A stretch of 64,000 nt of DNA from Octopus bimaculoides (Eukaryota), in the NCBI RefSeq assembly GCF_001194135.2, contig NC_068982.1, positions 33,353,009-33,417,008 of the forward strand, given 5' to 3'. The notes under the pieces are model-generated. The model saw only the letters and a program-made list of their open reading frames with translations. It had not been told where the DNA came from and made no database searches. The translations under genes were made by a program, and so were the position numbers. Shown piece after piece: positions 37,101 to 52,424 of this stretch. The first letter of the stretch is position 1. Each line of letters opens with the position of its first letter.

Positions 37101-40100
37101 AATAGATATTGTCAAACATTATACGTCATTATCTAATTGACATTTAACATCTAATACAATGAATTCTAAAAATATAAAAGTGCCAACAAGAAAAGAAGCT
37201 TTGAACAGTTAACAAGACAAACAGAAGTTTTAACAACAAAAGCAGTGAAGCACAGTGACAATGTCCAAAGTGCTCTCCCAGCTCCACCACTTAATATGAG
37301 GGTTACACAATATATAATATCCTTAAATATGATGCAACAAACCAAACCGCAATTTGACACAAACTAATATATTTGTATAGCAGTAACACATAAAAATTCT
37401 TGCCTTAAAAAGTGCAATGTAAAAATAAAATAGTCTTTCTAAAGGACGGACGGACGGACACGCTAATCAGACTTGTCATAAAGGCAGAATCAAGAGATTA
37501 CGTAAACCATAAAAATACCATATTGAATTTGGAAAAACTGAGAGCTACATTAATCATGGCTAGAGAGAAGACACTTATGGTTTAAGGAAGCAACTCAAAC
37601 CAAATAACTAATTGTTAAGAACTAGCAACAACAAAATGAGAGTGAATTGTGAATTTTACATTAAATACATCTGAAACCACATTTAACTAATACTTAACAG
37701 TGTCGCTGATAGTTTAAGGTTTTCGATTGTAAGAAAAAGAAACATGATCTATTTGAAAATGCCACTTCTCTGAGTCACCTAATGTTTTGAAATAAATCCT
37801 CCAGGCAATATTTGGACCACTATATACTTCACAACTGTAAACTACATTCAAGCAAACCATTATAAATATCACACATGGGTTCCTTCGCGAATGTTAGTCA
37901 ATATTACAAACAAATAATTATTGTAAATTATAAATGTCAAACTTTACCGCATAGACAAAGGAAGTAGGAATATTTATAGTAAACATTTTGAGTTTGGATA
38001 ACAAGAAGGCCTTTTTGGAAAACATTAATACACATAACAATCAATGCCTGACATAAGCAATTATTGAAAGTAATGTTGAAATAAAATTCCTTTCATGATA
38101 AAACTGTCCATTTGAGCATCAACTTCAAGCAGGAAAAAAAAAATGATAATAATAATTAATTTTCCCATTTTATAGTTTCAGAAACCAAATAAAGCAACGA
38201 ATAATATAGAAAAGAGATAAACGTGAATTAGCACATAAGTGGTTCATAAATAGGAATACAGAAGAGTATAGGTTTTTAGATAACTGAATCTCACAAGATT
38301 AGGTAAGACATGAAACTGTATACTAACTTAATTGATTCCCCCCACCCCGTTAATGTTAAAAGTATGAAAACAAATACTAAATACCATACCCACTTGGAGA
38401 AAAACTTTACATATATGCATATCTTTCCAACAGAAAAAATTCTATTTTGAGTTTGTACCATCAGGTAAGTATCAAAGTGGAATTCAAAACTTTTGAATTT
38501 TATTTTAAACCTAGTTTTGATTTTTTTTTTTCCTCTTTTAAACTATGATCCAAAGATGTGATTCTTCAAAATTGCTGTAATTTAGAGGTTTGGGGTTTTT
38601 TTTTTTTTTTAATTCAGAAGATTATATATATATTATATTATATTATATACCAACAATGATCACACCAACATCAACAACTCAAGGCAGCTTTGTTGTTTTC
38701 TAAAAATCATAAGCGTCTGTCTGTGATCCATAAAATAATCTTCATAACAGGGATCAACATATAGATTGCCAATTCCAAATGTAGCAGGGAAGTTGGAAAA
38801 TACGGATAGTCTCTATCTTATGAAGAATTATGTAATCAAGAGAAATAATCATAGATTCTACACCAATTTAATGCAGTACAAAAACAGATAAGTTGAAAAT
38901 CATTCCACCCCCATCTCATAAATTATTATTTTTCTGTAGTGTGTTGAGTATATGTCAAGATAAACGGTTGGCCAGATGGAAACCTAAAGAATAAAACCTT
39001 TTGATGTAAGAAGTAAAAGTAAAATTTTAAAAAACTTGCCAACATTTTCCCGAAAGTCACAAAAGTATAAATGAAAAAACTTAGAGAAACTATAGATTAT
39101 CGTTGAAAATCTGTGAACCGTTGAAAATACATCTTTGTTTTAAAAAAAGAATGACATTTAACACTAAACAAGACCGAAATAATACATCTTTCATCTTTAA
39201 AAAGTGGTTCTATGAGGAAAAATGTAGGAGAAAAATGTCCGACATCGTTTCGACAAAACATCATGGAAATATCAGATGAGTAGAAATAATACTATTAACA
39301 TTTTGTTGTTTTTACAATGAACAGACAAAATGAGTCGAATATTTTAAACTAACGTGGTCAGACTAATCCAGAATAAGAATATAATGATGTTTGTTATGAG
39401 AAGAAAAAAAGTGTCATTACGAAATATCATCATTGCTCCAATTCCATGTGTAAAAAGTCAGGCAGCTCCAAATGTAGTTAAAGACTTGCAACTAAACTGA
39501 TTGGATGAAAGAAGAATTGCTAAAGAAAGATCCACCTTGTTTCATTTTCATTTTTTCCCCCTCTCATAATAAAACTGATCTATAAAAAGAAATGGAATAC
39601 TAGATTACCCAGGGGAAAAACGTGTGATAAAACGACCAAAACAAACTTTTTATTAGTCAGACGAAATGACTCGCTCTTTTCTTTTTTTTCCTTTTAATAT
39701 TCCAGTCAGGAACTAGACACACCACCACAATTAAAAATCGAACTTAACCTAATAACTAGCTAATAATAAGCTAACACGAGTAAATTATTTTATAAACTAG
39801 CAGTTTATTTTAGACTGTCTGCTTACTTACTGTACAGAGCCAAAAAGAAACGAAAATCTATTTGTTTTAAGAGAGATTTACTTTTCCAGCAAGGTGGTTT
39901 TCCTTAACGAATTTTCTAGAGTATGTTGCTAAATGTCAATAACGTTCATGTCTGTTTACTATAATGACCACACGGACAATAAGCTAAATATTTAACTCGT
40001 GGTAATTATTGAAACTTTGTCAAATTAATATTAGTATGTTAGTTACTAACTGATAGAGAGACAAAGGAAAGGTAAATAAAGTTCAGAAATCAATATACAC

Positions 40101-43100
40101 ACATGGCAACAACTAGAAGTACAAAAACTTCAAACCAAAATAACCTGTCCTCTTACGTTTTTGTTTTTTTTTCTCCCTTCTTTCCTGTTTATTTTTACTA
40201 ACAGTGTTTATGAGTAAGTCACACGACACATTGGATAGACAGACTTCCTATTTTTCGAAGTCTAAATAAGTGACTAGTCTTGTCTTAAGTGAATGAAAGA
40301 AGGGCAGAAGAAATAGCAGCAGCCAAACTAACAGTAGGAGCAGTGTTTCCTACTGAAGAAGTAATAATATATGTAGGGGAGGTAGCAGCAAAAACAACCT
40401 AACCCCCCCCCCCCAAAAAAAAAAACTTAACTATGACAAGGGAATTCATTTTTAGTTTCCAGAAGTATGAATATCTGATTACAGCAACCAATAAGGCTAT
40501 CAACAATAGCAATAAAATTAATAATTGCCACAGTATCATCTATACTTGGTGACCACTATTTAATAATATTAACGATGGGTTAATCGGTGCGTGTGTGCTA
40601 TGTGAAGTGATTTCACAATTAAGGTGGGTTGTTGTTTTTTTTTAAATCTTACAGCAATTTTAAACCAAGTGATCAAAGCTTTTCTCGTATTTTCTTTCTT
40701 TCTTTCGTCCGATTATCACATTAAAAACGGTTTTATCATCGAGAGCCACTGATAAGAAATATTTATTTTGGACAGCTGTTGGATCTTATAAATATTTAGA
40801 TCAACAACCAACCGACTCAATCAGCTAACAAGACAGAAATGGCGAAATTAAGTAGATCCCATAAATTATTTTTTTTTAAATGTAAGGAAACCGTTCATTA
40901 ATCTCGGTAAGAAAGTTTAAATAGCAACGTTAATGTAATAAATCTTACAAGCAACTGTCAATAAAAACCATCACAATTATCTTCATCTAATAATTATCAA
41001 GTAAATTTCTATTCATTTTAAGAACATTGGATATATCTCTGTGAGAAAGAGTTAAGGTCTTTACAAAACGATTTCAATGTAAAAGATAAAATACCGAATC
41101 AGTCATATTGCGAGGACTAATTTACGAAGTGGAACACTTCAGAAAGAAATAGGGTCGAATCGATTAAAACCTTTTTCTTACAAAAAGGAGCCGTGTGATT
41201 AAGACAAAATAATAACCATTAATATTATGATTTCTAACACAAACATAAAGCCACAAATAATGACTTCCTAACTAACGTATAAAGTCTGTTTGCGATTAGA
41301 TAAGGAATAGTTTGATTAAACGGAGCCAATATCTTATTGGCACTTATTTTCATCATGACATTAGCTTTATAACAAGAGAGAGTTTATAGGATAGCCGGGT
41401 ATGGTCAAAAGCTATAGAATCTATATAATTTTAAGGTTTTGGATTTTGCCCTTCGTTTGAGACTCAGAAAAAGGAAAAGTGACACTGCTTGGGTAAGAAA
41501 GGGGAGAGAGAGAGGGCTCATGTTAAAATCATTTGTCTCTAATCAACACAGCAATTAAATGGTCGGTGGCAGACAGGGACAGAGCATAGTTTACAGAAGA
41601 TAACCACTAGATTAATTACTGTCAACCTATCAAATTAAATGTACACCATTCGAGAGCGATAAGCTTCGCTGTAAACATTAGACAGTAGCACCAAATGTTA
41701 GCGGAATAAGATTGCATGAACGAACAATAGGTGGTTGTTATGTAGCGGGTATGTATCATATGGGTGACAGAGGGAGCTAACAACAATAGCAGCCAAGTTT
41801 CTTTCAATCACCTCTGTTTTTAAGACAGTAAATAATTTAAGTACAAGATAGACAAGGCCTGAAATAAAATTCAAAATTAAAAAAATTAAAAAATGGTCAG
41901 CGTAGGAAGGAACTATTTTGATCATTCGCCTACTCATCAGATTTGACCAGGGGTTAAACAAAAGACCAGCGAGAAGGAAGATCCAATCAAGGGGAGGCTT
42001 TGTTGAATCAAATTTATCCCTTACATCACAGCTGATACAGCTTGTCCTCATTTTCTTTATTAAAAAATTAAATTCTCAGACGTGACAAAAAAAAAGAAGA
42101 AATGGAAAAAAAAAACAGAACTATCAAAATAACTATCATAGACTGCTAATATATGAATATATGTAATCATAAAATATTGTTTTCTTACATAAGCATAACA
42201 AGTATTTACGAGTTGATGGAGCTTATATTCATCTGAAGAGCAATAGCAACAAACCGACCGTTTAATTGCTGTGTTGATTAGCGACAAACGTTACTTAAAT
42301 CAACACTAATCACTAATATAATGAGGCTGATAGAGAAAGTACTCCCATTAATGAGGCTGACAGAAAGTACTCCTAACAGGACCGGTTTGTTGGAGAACAC
42401 TTGCCTATAAAAAGATTACATTATACACACTATACCAGTATATACATTATACATATAGGATATTCTGTTATATATAAGTTCTGTTTTTTATGCTGACATA
42501 CAGTACTTTGTTTTAAAGAGGCAGCCCCATATCTCTGATATGAACAAGGGAAAATTCACAATTTTGAATGAGAGGTTAGGTAAGGGATATCACATTTCAT
42601 TTAAATACCATAAATAATAGTTGAAATACATTTTCTTTCAAGTTGCTTATTAACTATAAATGCATGGCTTAGTACACAACACAATTTATATAATAATAGC
42701 ATTATTACACGTATGTGAAAGAAAAAGAAAATCACGCTTTAGTTCTATTTTAAGTGTTCTCTTAACTTTTTCTTCCTGCAACTTTTTTTTTAAACTGGAT
42801 TCGTTTCAGTTATGGCTGTCTCTGTTTAAGATACATCTCTGAGGAAGTTAAGATATTACGAAGGAACAATGGGCCTCCTATATAATTGATGGAAATGCTA
42901 GAAATAGCAGCCAAATCTTCAAATCACACACTAGCATCTTGAAAATGGTAAAAAAAAAAAACAATGATGGGAAGTACACAAAGTCTGAAATAAAGATACT
43001 TTGCTCCAGCTGGAAGTTCCCTAGTCTTCACTAAAACAAACTGAACAGTTAACAATGCAAAGCAGACCGGTGTGTGTATAATGTTATGTATTATATTTGC

Positions 43101-44152
43101 TACTGCTATGCTTGAGTGACAAAAGTATATATATATATATATAATCCAACTCTGCCAGTGCGTTTTATTTATTCCTTTTAATCCACAGGGGCAAATATCA
43201 AGCTTCGCTTCGGTATAGCTTATATGTTATTGTTTTACTACCACTTAATAGCAATGGCACGATTGTCTAGCTTCATTTTGTTTTAATAATTGTTTACTTT
43301 AATATTCCCCACTCTGTGCTAAAATCCAGACGGCAGACTCAAGAAGATTAACAAATAACAATCGGGTCCCTACCATGACAGTAGCAGTAGCAACATTAAT
43401 AATTGATGATGAAGATTTCTTTTATTTGCCACCAGTGCGACGGATGAGGCGGGGGAGAATACAAAGACAGACATAAAAGTATAAGTATTTACAAAGAATG
43501 GAATGATAAAAAGAAAAGAAAAGTAGAAAGTAAACAATTTATACAAAAGAACAGATGTAGATACATTACCAAAAAAAAAGTGATAGTGAATAATAACTTT
43601 CTCCTATAGACACAAGGGGGTAGGGTATTCAATCACATTGACCCACCTTGCTCAACTGATACCTAATTTTATCAACCCCAGAAGGCTGAAAAGGCAAAGT
43701 TGACCTCGGCGGAAACAATAATGATGATGATAATAATAATTACCAGCAGGTGTCCATGACATTAAAAAAACCAAGGTAAAATAGTCCAATAGTCCAGCGA
43801 ATGATAAGTAGTTAGTGCCAGACAGCAGCCACTGGTTCCGTCACTGGATGTATGAGGATACGTGTGCCACCAACTGTCTCTATTTTTTCACACTCTCTTT
43901 GTCTCTTTCTATATGGGCCGTTTTTACCCTCCTACCACGTCATCGTCTTCTTTATATCTCCACCACACCCTCACACTCTGACTCTTTCGCTTTCCTCCCA
44001 TTACCGCTGTTCTGTATTAGTTTATAACTTAACAGCTTCTTTATTCAGTGACAAAGTGGGATGAAACAAAACAACAATTACCTCCCTTGCTACAGTTTTA
44101 CTATTTTTATTCTGCGTTTTTATAACTTTTACTTCACACACAAATGCATAAA

Positions 44153-44206
<54 letters not shown>

Positions 44207-44310
44207 TGTGTGTGTGTGTATGTATGTATATGTGTATTTATATATATATATATATGTGTGTGTGTGTATATACACACATACATATGAACATATATACATA
44301 CATACACATA
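44153..44310 (+). repeat. Compound (TA)n/(TG)n/(CA)n microsatellite
   Basis: Direct reading. Confidence 0.9.
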
Positions 44311-44937
44311 TATTTCCTGTCACCTCAGACTTATCTGGTGGAACATTAACTTCATGTTACTATCATCATAAGATATGTGACGTACCGGGCTTCCTAACAT
44401 TTCGTGATGTCTCTTTTTATTTTAAGTTCAAATATTGAGATGTCAAGTTCACCTTTTACTCTTGCGGGTTAGATATAATAAGGTATCAGGGGGAAATAGA
44501 TGAACAATCCAATCGAATATAACACTTTCTCAAAACAAAATGTACTGATCTTTGGTTTTAGGTACATATAACTTGCATGATTACTTAGGAAACCAAATCA
44601 ATGCGGGGGATATTTGGATGGCCCAAGTAAACAAACAAAAAAGTAAATTATTATGGTGGTACGGATAGCAAAATTGGTGGAGCATCAAACAAAATGCTGC
44701 TATTTATATTCAGTTATGTCTTTTTACGTCGTAATTTTAAATCTCATCGAGGGTAAACATTACTTCTCATATTTCCGAGGTAGATAAAAATCAAAGTCAA
44801 GCACTATTGTCCAAGCAACCTTCCTGAAAAGTATAATAGCTTTGTGTGTGTGTGTGTGTGTGTCCCTATACAACATACTTTTGTAACTTGTCTGTAATGT
44901 ACCCCCTCGTCCGATGCCCTAATGGCAATAAAATGTC

Positions 44938-45190
44938 AGGAAGGCGACGGATTGATAGAAAACCGTTAGAGTCGGACAAAATACTTAGTGGTATTTCTTC
45001 CGGCTTTCTATATTCTAAGTTCAAATCCTATCGAAGTCAACTTAGTTTTCCATCACTTTGAGGTCAGTAATGCAAAGTGACAAACAATCAAGTACTGGAG
45101 TCGATGATGTCGACTAACAAATGCTCTCCCCGCTAAAAATCGCTGGCCTTGTACTAGGAATAGAAAGAATTATTATTATTATTATTATTA
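44938..45190 (+). mobile_element. Second tRNA-SINE family, diverged copy
   Basis: Homologous to 53829-54041; B-box-like aagttcaaatcc; (att)n tail. Confidence 0.65.
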
Positions 45191-45912
45191 TCAGCGAGAT
45201 AGTTAAGTCATGAAAACCTGGAACTGACGAAGCCAATAATTGATTCGTTGATATTAATATAACTGATAAAAGTTACTATTGCTGATATCAATACAACTAA
45301 TCCAGCCACCACGCAACAACACCACAATGACTCTAATACATGTGTTCTTATATAGCTTTTTTGTTGTTGCTTCTTAAATACTATTGATCTTTACGAGATA
45401 GGGTGTTCTGTTTTAAACAGTTCTATTTTCAAATGCATTTCTAGCATGACTGGCGTGGCATAACTTCAAAGAGAAAGAAGGGTGGTGGGGAGAAAGCTAA
45501 AAAGAGAAGTAGGGTGGTGAGAGCTGCTAAAAGGAGTCATATCTCATCGACAGGGAAATTACACATTACAAGCACATTTGAACTGTCTGCTTTTCAAGTG
45601 AAAGGAAGGGTGGAGAAATTATCTCCTTTAAAATGACTTCAGCCTGACATTTTTAAGATGAAAATAAATATAAAACAATGATGTAAGGATAGCTAGCATA
45701 TTTATCAATGCGTTAATATACATCTTACAGAAGTTTAATAATCATTCATCCATACATTATCAAATTTATTCATTTATATTAAGTCGGCTTTTTTTTTTTT
45801 TTTTACCGAGATCGAAACCAGGTCGTGAACTCGGTTTTCAGAAAATTTTTCTCTTCTCTACTCTGAAATATTCTTAAGTTGATTAAACTTTTCTGTATAC
45901 ACTACAATGTGA

Positions 45913-46288
45913 TTCTTTTATTCTTTTATTTGTTTCAGTCAGGTGACAGCGGCTAAGCTGGAGCACCGCCTTCAGTCGAGTATTCTTTGTAAGCCTAGTA
46001 CTGACCCTATCGTTCTCTTTTGTTGAGCCGCTAAGTTACGGAGACGTAAACACACCAACATCGGTTGTCAAGCGATGTTGGGAGGACAAACACAGACACA
46101 CACACAGATATATATATATATATATATATATACACGATGGGCTTCCTTCAGTTTCCGTCTACCAAATCCACTCACACGGCTTTGGTCAGCCCGAGGCTAT
46201 AGTAGAAGACACTTGCCCAAGGTGCTACACAGTGGGACTGAACCCGTAACTATGTGGTTGGTAAGCAAGCTACTTACCACACAGCCAC
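45913..46288 (-). mobile_element. Full-length tRNA-derived SINE with central (TA)n
   Basis: Same structure as 31967-32379. Confidence 0.85.
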
Positions 46289-48235
46289 TTCTCTTTCGTG
46301 CAAAGTATCAACAGCGAATATTATTTAGACAAGCCTCGCAAGCCAAACTTTTCGAAGCGAAAAAAGAAATCGGGATTTCCATGCTTTGCCCAAGATATTT
46401 GCAAATTTGGATTGTCGTTGGAAACTTTAACATCTAAGTACTGTGCTTATATGGCTACGTTCTATAGAAAGCAGTTGATCTAACAAACGAGCGTATGATA
46501 CTAGAAACCTGTAGGAAAAGCGTGTTGCATGAGATGGGATAAGACTTATTAGACACGGTCATAATTCACATTTACAGTTGAGGTTTGGTGATACATCTGA
46601 CCGACATATTATTCTATAGGGCTTCAGTCCAATTCACTGTCGGCAACAGATATTAGATTAATCAGATGTTCAGCCTCAGACCAGACCAGAATCAATCGGT
46701 CAGCCTATATTGTGAGTGGATGTAAATTCCAGTTCTGATTTACAAGCTGCATTTGATTAAATGGTGTTTGCGCAACAGCCTACGCCGCATTAAAATCGTC
46801 ACGCAGAAGACATCTTCCATAGATACAGACTTGACTGTAAGTATCATACACATCACCATGGTCACAAACAACAGCGGGTGGCAGTTCTATATATGTCACC
46901 TACCGCCTCACTAAACCAATACACATGACACAGACAGCACGAAGGAGTATTTCGGCAAGAAACAAAGATTATAAAGTCGGCGTTTACTTGCAAAGCGAAG
47001 GCAATAATGTTTATGCTCGTGAATTTAAAGAGCAGTAGTGATGGGTAAGCATCCGTTGTTGTTGCTGTTGTTTAACTCCAGGCTAGTCATGATCGAACAA
47101 ACCTATGATGGTTTCAAGAGTGACAATCTCGTCTTTTCCTTCTTTTTTCATTTTCTGCCCCCTTCAGACATACTATAACCAAAAGTACGTTATCTAATGT
47201 GTTGTTCCTTTTTTTCAGCCAGTGAGATAGAAATAGAGGGAGACTTAGCTGCTCTTACTAACAGGTTGATCAACTGCTTCAGTTCATGCTAGTCTTGAAT
47301 ATATGTTGGACTCATACATACTAAACACATACATACTTTGTATAAATATATATAAAACTACAGAAATAATTTATCTAGTTATGAACACACACATAAATGT
47401 ACACACATGCCTGCGCAAAAAGAAGTTCGCTTCCCAACTACATGGTTCTAAGTTCAATCCTATTGCATGACACCTTGGGCATGTCTTCTACTATAGCTCT
47501 GAGTTGCTTAAAGCCTTGTGAGTGGATCTGGTAGATATGAACAGAAAGAGGCCTAGTGTGTGTGTGTGTGTTGCTATCTCCTTGACAATATACGATAGTT
47601 TTAAACAAGTATTATCATGGTCCATGGTATCCTTCATTTACTGAAAACACACCTAGCCCGACGGATATCAATTAACCTTACTTGCAAACAGGTGAGGGTT
47701 GGTGACAGGAACAGCATCCAACCTCAGAAAATCTGCCTCAACATAATTCGATCCAACTTAAGCAAGCTTGGAAAAGTTGAAGCTGAAACTATGATGCTGA
47801 TGATGGTACCTTCCAACACACACACACACACACACACACTTTTTTCTTTTATCAAGAGGAAAAGCAGAGCCCATGACACCTTACTGAGTCCTATGAGACT
47901 GGTGGGAGAACCGGAAACCTGACTCACATGCTTGCAAAAAAGAAGGACTCCACTAATAGTTCCCAAGATGTCAGGTGGTCTCATGTTAAACAAAGCAACT
48001 GAAATCATTGCTCAGTTAAACACTAAAAAGGAATTAAAATAGCAAGCAATTTCCTTGCAAAGAAGAACGCAATGATAAAAATTTGTAACCTATGCATCAT
48101 AAACTATCAATTATCGAATGCTATTCTGAAAAATACTACACTTCAATCTTGGCTAAATGTTTTAGTGAAATTTAGATATTTTTTCTCATCATAACAAATT
48201 ATTCAGCTAAAATTTCAGTGGCCACAGTTAAAATG

Positions 48236-48445
48236 CACCATTTTGAGCGTGGTCGTGCAGGTGACACATACAAGCACCCACTACACTCTCTGAGTGGTTA
48301 GCATTAGGAAGGGCATCCAGCTGTAGAAACTCTGCCAAATCAGATTGGAGCCTGGTGTTGCCATCCGGTTTCACCAGTCCTCAGTCAAATCGTCCAACCC
48401 ATGCTAGCATGGAAAGCGGACGTTAAACGATGATGATGATGATGA
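48236..48445 (+). mobile_element. Young (ATG)n-tailed module
   Basis: Near-identical to 1-183. Confidence 0.85.
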
Positions 48446-51239
48446 AATCTTCTTGCTCTATTTCCAAACTCAATTGAACAAGTTTGCTTACTAACTTCAT
48501 CTCACCTTCAGTCTTCAACCATATTGCAGAGTGCATCAAGTACATTACTACATTAGCATTTTTTTTTTCAACTTCTAATTGCAGTTATGTAAACAGTAAG
48601 TAAAAACATTTAATCTTTCTGTTTCAATTCTATTCAACCTCACCAAATACTAAATTTCAGGCTGTAACTGCTCTTTTGCATTGAAAGGAATATATCAAAG
48701 ATACATTTATTTCCAGGAATCTACTCTAAGCATATCTGACACAGATTCCTTCTGTATCTCCCTTTGAATTTTGAACAGGAAATAAGTATCCCAAGTTTGT
48801 GGTCTAAAAAGCTGCTCAGGAAAATGCAGAGGACTCCAATAACTTTCCTTTCCTTTCAATGCTTGTCAGAAACTGTAGCAAAAATAGAGTCAAGCTCCCT
48901 TAAAAAGAGCATATTGTTGTCATTATGAACAAATAGACCTACAGGTTAGGAGGTTGTTTTTGAGTGATTGCTGAATTTGTACATAGAACAAAGCTTGCCT
49001 GAACTTCCAAAGATTGAACATATTTCACAAGCATTGTCAGTCAAAAAGGGCTGCAACATCAACAATCTTTTTACAACAGGGATATATGAAGGAAACACAT
49101 TTGAAAACATACTGGCAGCACATACATGAATAACGATCATATTGATGATTAAGTCAATTCAAATAGTGTCACCAGTTTTACGTTTGCAAGAATCTCTCAA
49201 TCCCGAAATCTCAGTAATATGTTATGCTTTTCAATATAATTATCATAAGGAAAACTAGAAAGGAGTAAAATGGGAACTTAGCTCAACTTAATGAAAAGAG
49301 ATAACATTACATTGAACAATGACAAACTGACAATATGCAATACATTATATTGAACAATCTCAGTGAAACATCCATTTGTTACCTAGGATACAACATTAAT
49401 AATTCTCTGCAACCTGACCTGGAAAGACTGAAACCAGTCATTAATTACCTGGTACCTGCTAATGCTAAATGACTAAAGTAACTACAAGGTTTGTTTAGTT
49501 ACCACTCTAAATGGGTGTTTCCTTTTGTCAAAACAATTCAAACTTTACAAAATCCTCCTTTTCCATTGCAAAAATACATTTAGGCAGTATTCATTGGTTT
49601 AAAACTTCAATAGTTAATGCCTCTCCCTTTTATCCGTTGAACTGAAATTCCATTACAGGTTTCCGAATGATGATGCTCCAGAGATTACAATTTGAGGTGT
49701 CCATTCACTGTCATAAATTTGTTGCCTTCTTCTCCAGAACTCATTCTCACACTAAACAAAACTTTTCCTCGTTTCGAAAAAGTGGTTACAGCTATTTTAG
49801 TAAGTGTTAGGAAATGGCAAACTTTTTAACTTTACTTAAAGAGGAACTCATAGATCCACTACTGCATTGCTTATCAAAGATTCAGAAAATACCAGAAAAA
49901 CTAAATCTTTAAAAAGAAATTTGATTTCTCTTAGAGTTCTCTATCAGACTGTTGCATCCAATATAATGTTTCTAATAAATTACATACTCTGATGAATTGG
50001 AACAACCCTCTTTTCCATGCTCTACCTCTTTACTCATAGAATTGTTTGTCAGAGGATACAGATGGATGTGGTGGTCCAGCAGGAGTTCACTACTAAGCAC
50101 AACACAATCACGTCACTCATGTGTGATGATGTCTCAGTAAGCTACTTTTATTTCCCAGCATGCCATCCCATGACCATTGACTTCTAGCTGGGCTTCTTTA
50201 CACAGATGGAAACAGTGTTTAGTAGATATAATTTCTTCCTCTGTTTCAACAGCTGTCTCCTAAACTTCTGAAAAGGTCATGAGTACTGCCCTCACTCATT
50301 CAAATAAACCATAACATTTAAGAGGGGGGAAAAAGGACATTATCAAAGCACTAACATATATTTGCTTTCGGTAGGTGGTGGTAACCCAGACAGGAGAAGG
50401 ACAATTATGTTTCATAATGACTAGTTCAGTGCCTCACTATTCTGATTTCAAACCCTTACCTGGATCTTCTTCACTTTTCACTTTCTGAGTTTAATAAAAT
50501 GAGTGTCAGTTCAATGTTTTATTAAAATAATGTTTATCAAATTTTCCATGAAGTGTTGGTTTCTTTTTTACAGGGCATAAATGTCTTACATTTCCAAGGA
50601 GGGGACTGTGACTTGCTATATAAAATAGTAGTGTATGTAACAAAAGAAAAACTTCAACATATGTCACCAAGTTATTTTAAGAAAGGCTTACATTTTCCTT
50701 TGTTAATATGGATTTCTTAAATAGATACAAATAATAGGGAGTAAAATTTAAACATTGTATAGTATTTGTACTTTTTCCAACATATGAATGTTATATAATA
50801 AATGATAGAAACTGGTTTCAATAAAGAACCCAAACTGGTTAAAATATTTTTTTCTTTAATAATATAATCACATTAAATGGAAGGCAATGCACAGGACCTT
50901 CTCAGAGACTAGCTGAAGGAAAGGAAGAGGTTATTCTTCAACCAGAGACCTTGCTGAATGCTTTCCATAAAGTGGACTCCACTAAAGTCCTCCAAAGAAC
51001 AGGTAGTGGTGTAAACTGGGTGAGAGATTAAGCATATGGCTCTAACTGAGAACTGATTTCTAGTTCTACAGTTCATGCCACACCATTCCTTAAAATGTTA
51101 AAGCCAATAGTTTATAAATTACACCAAGTGATAAGGTGATTAAGCAGCTGTTTCAGTCATTATCATATTAATTTATTTCCAAGAAATTTTTATCTAAGAT
51201 TTATACTTCTTTTTAAACAGTGTGATTTGAATACAACTT

Positions 51240-51690
51240 ATCTTTTAAAATAAAAGGAGAAACATTTTCGACACAACATAAGCAATGAGACAGTAACAGA
51301 CTGCAAGCTTCCTAAAAGCACCAGTGGGTGGAGGTGGTCATGGGAAGATAAATGGGGCAAAACAGGGTAAAGGTGAGGTACAGTCCCTGTGGCAGTGGCC
51401 GGAATGATAGCAACAAAAGGGTAATGGTGAGGAATTTGAAAGGGTAAGCAAAGAAATGAATGAACCTGCAGCTGGTAATGACAAGTACAGAAGAGCAGAG
51501 TGGATGCATACAAGCAAGTGCAGTTGCTGCTGGGGCATGAGGCAGAGGGTGACAACAGCAGCAAATGTAGGGGTACTCACAAGCAGAGGGACGAGTTGAT
51601 GGTGGCAGAATATCAAGAACTCATCAACCGTATAGTGTCTCAAGGCATATGTCCACATCAACAAAGACAAAATAGAAGAGTGCAATGAAA
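51240..51690 (-). mobile_element. Degraded CR1/L2-like LINE fragment
   Basis: TRPSACEYPYICC and FCCYHSGHC recall IRP.MEYC.HIW and FYRY.HGHCS; stops and frameshifts. Confidence 0.3.
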
Positions 51691-52309
51691 ATTACCCTTC
51701 CATGTCAACTTTGTCTCAGCTCAAAACTGACGTGCTATTAGTGTCTAACCCTCACATTAGCCCCTATTACATAGACCTTCTGATCAAAGATGCTCCAGCC
51801 TTCATCATCCCCTTTGTCATTTTATATTCTGGAGCACAATGTGACCCAGGCTACATTGTCTAATGTGTCCTTATTTTTGTGTGGTCAGTAGGGTATGATT
51901 TTTTTTTTTTTTAAAGAAACTCCGCTATTTCTGACTGATCAAGCAACAACTTAAAGGAAAACTGCATAAATAGACTAAGATGAACTGCACATTGGTAACA
52001 GATGCATGCAATTTAATGAACATATGCCTGAATGTAGCTCATACTAAAGAGGATTGATTTTGAGGCAGCAGGTTGATATTTCAAAAATTAAACGTTTTGT
52101 GTCTGTGTGTAAATATATGTGTGTGTGTGTGTGTGTGCGTACGTATGTGCATGTGAGTATATATGTGCATCGAGGTAGATATAGCGTTGCATAGACATAC
52201 AAATAACAAAATCTGTATAAATATGTATTGGAAAGCCTATTTTCTGCAAAAGTATGAATATATCAATAATAACAACAAAAAAATTGTAACATAATAACTG
52301 AGTATTCAT

Positions 52310-52322
52310 ATCTCTCTCTCTA

Positions 52323-52362
<40 letters not shown>

Positions 52363-52378
52363 TCTCTCTCTCTCTATC
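52310..52378 (+). repeat. (CT)n microsatellite
   Basis: Direct reading. Confidence 0.95.
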
Positions 52379-52424
52379 TCGGGTGGGGGAGATAGTAGAA
52401 AAGTAATAACAAAGTGCATATGTT

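Larger units (their letters stand above)
37100..47100. promoter_or_regulatory. Candidate promoter / 5' regulatory block (repeat-poor at 37.1-43.4 kb, CpG-retaining)
   Basis: By eye, more CG dinucleotides and fewer SINEs than the flanks; unpaired donor-like sites on both strands. Not quantified. Confidence 0.3.

Noticed and set aside
41698-42051. 117-aa hydrophobic ORF and a strong acceptor near 41860
   Set aside because: No recognisable domain and no phase-linked exon partners; may be UTR or regulatory sequence.
42319-42373. Direct repeat taatgaggctga...gaaagtactcc x2 (also 20-bp units at 5700-5753 and ~62-bp units at 26051-26190)
   Set aside because: Ordinary local slippage duplications with no further structure.
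48660-49300. Possible hAT transposase relic
   Set aside because: Only vague resemblance, many stops and no TIRs.
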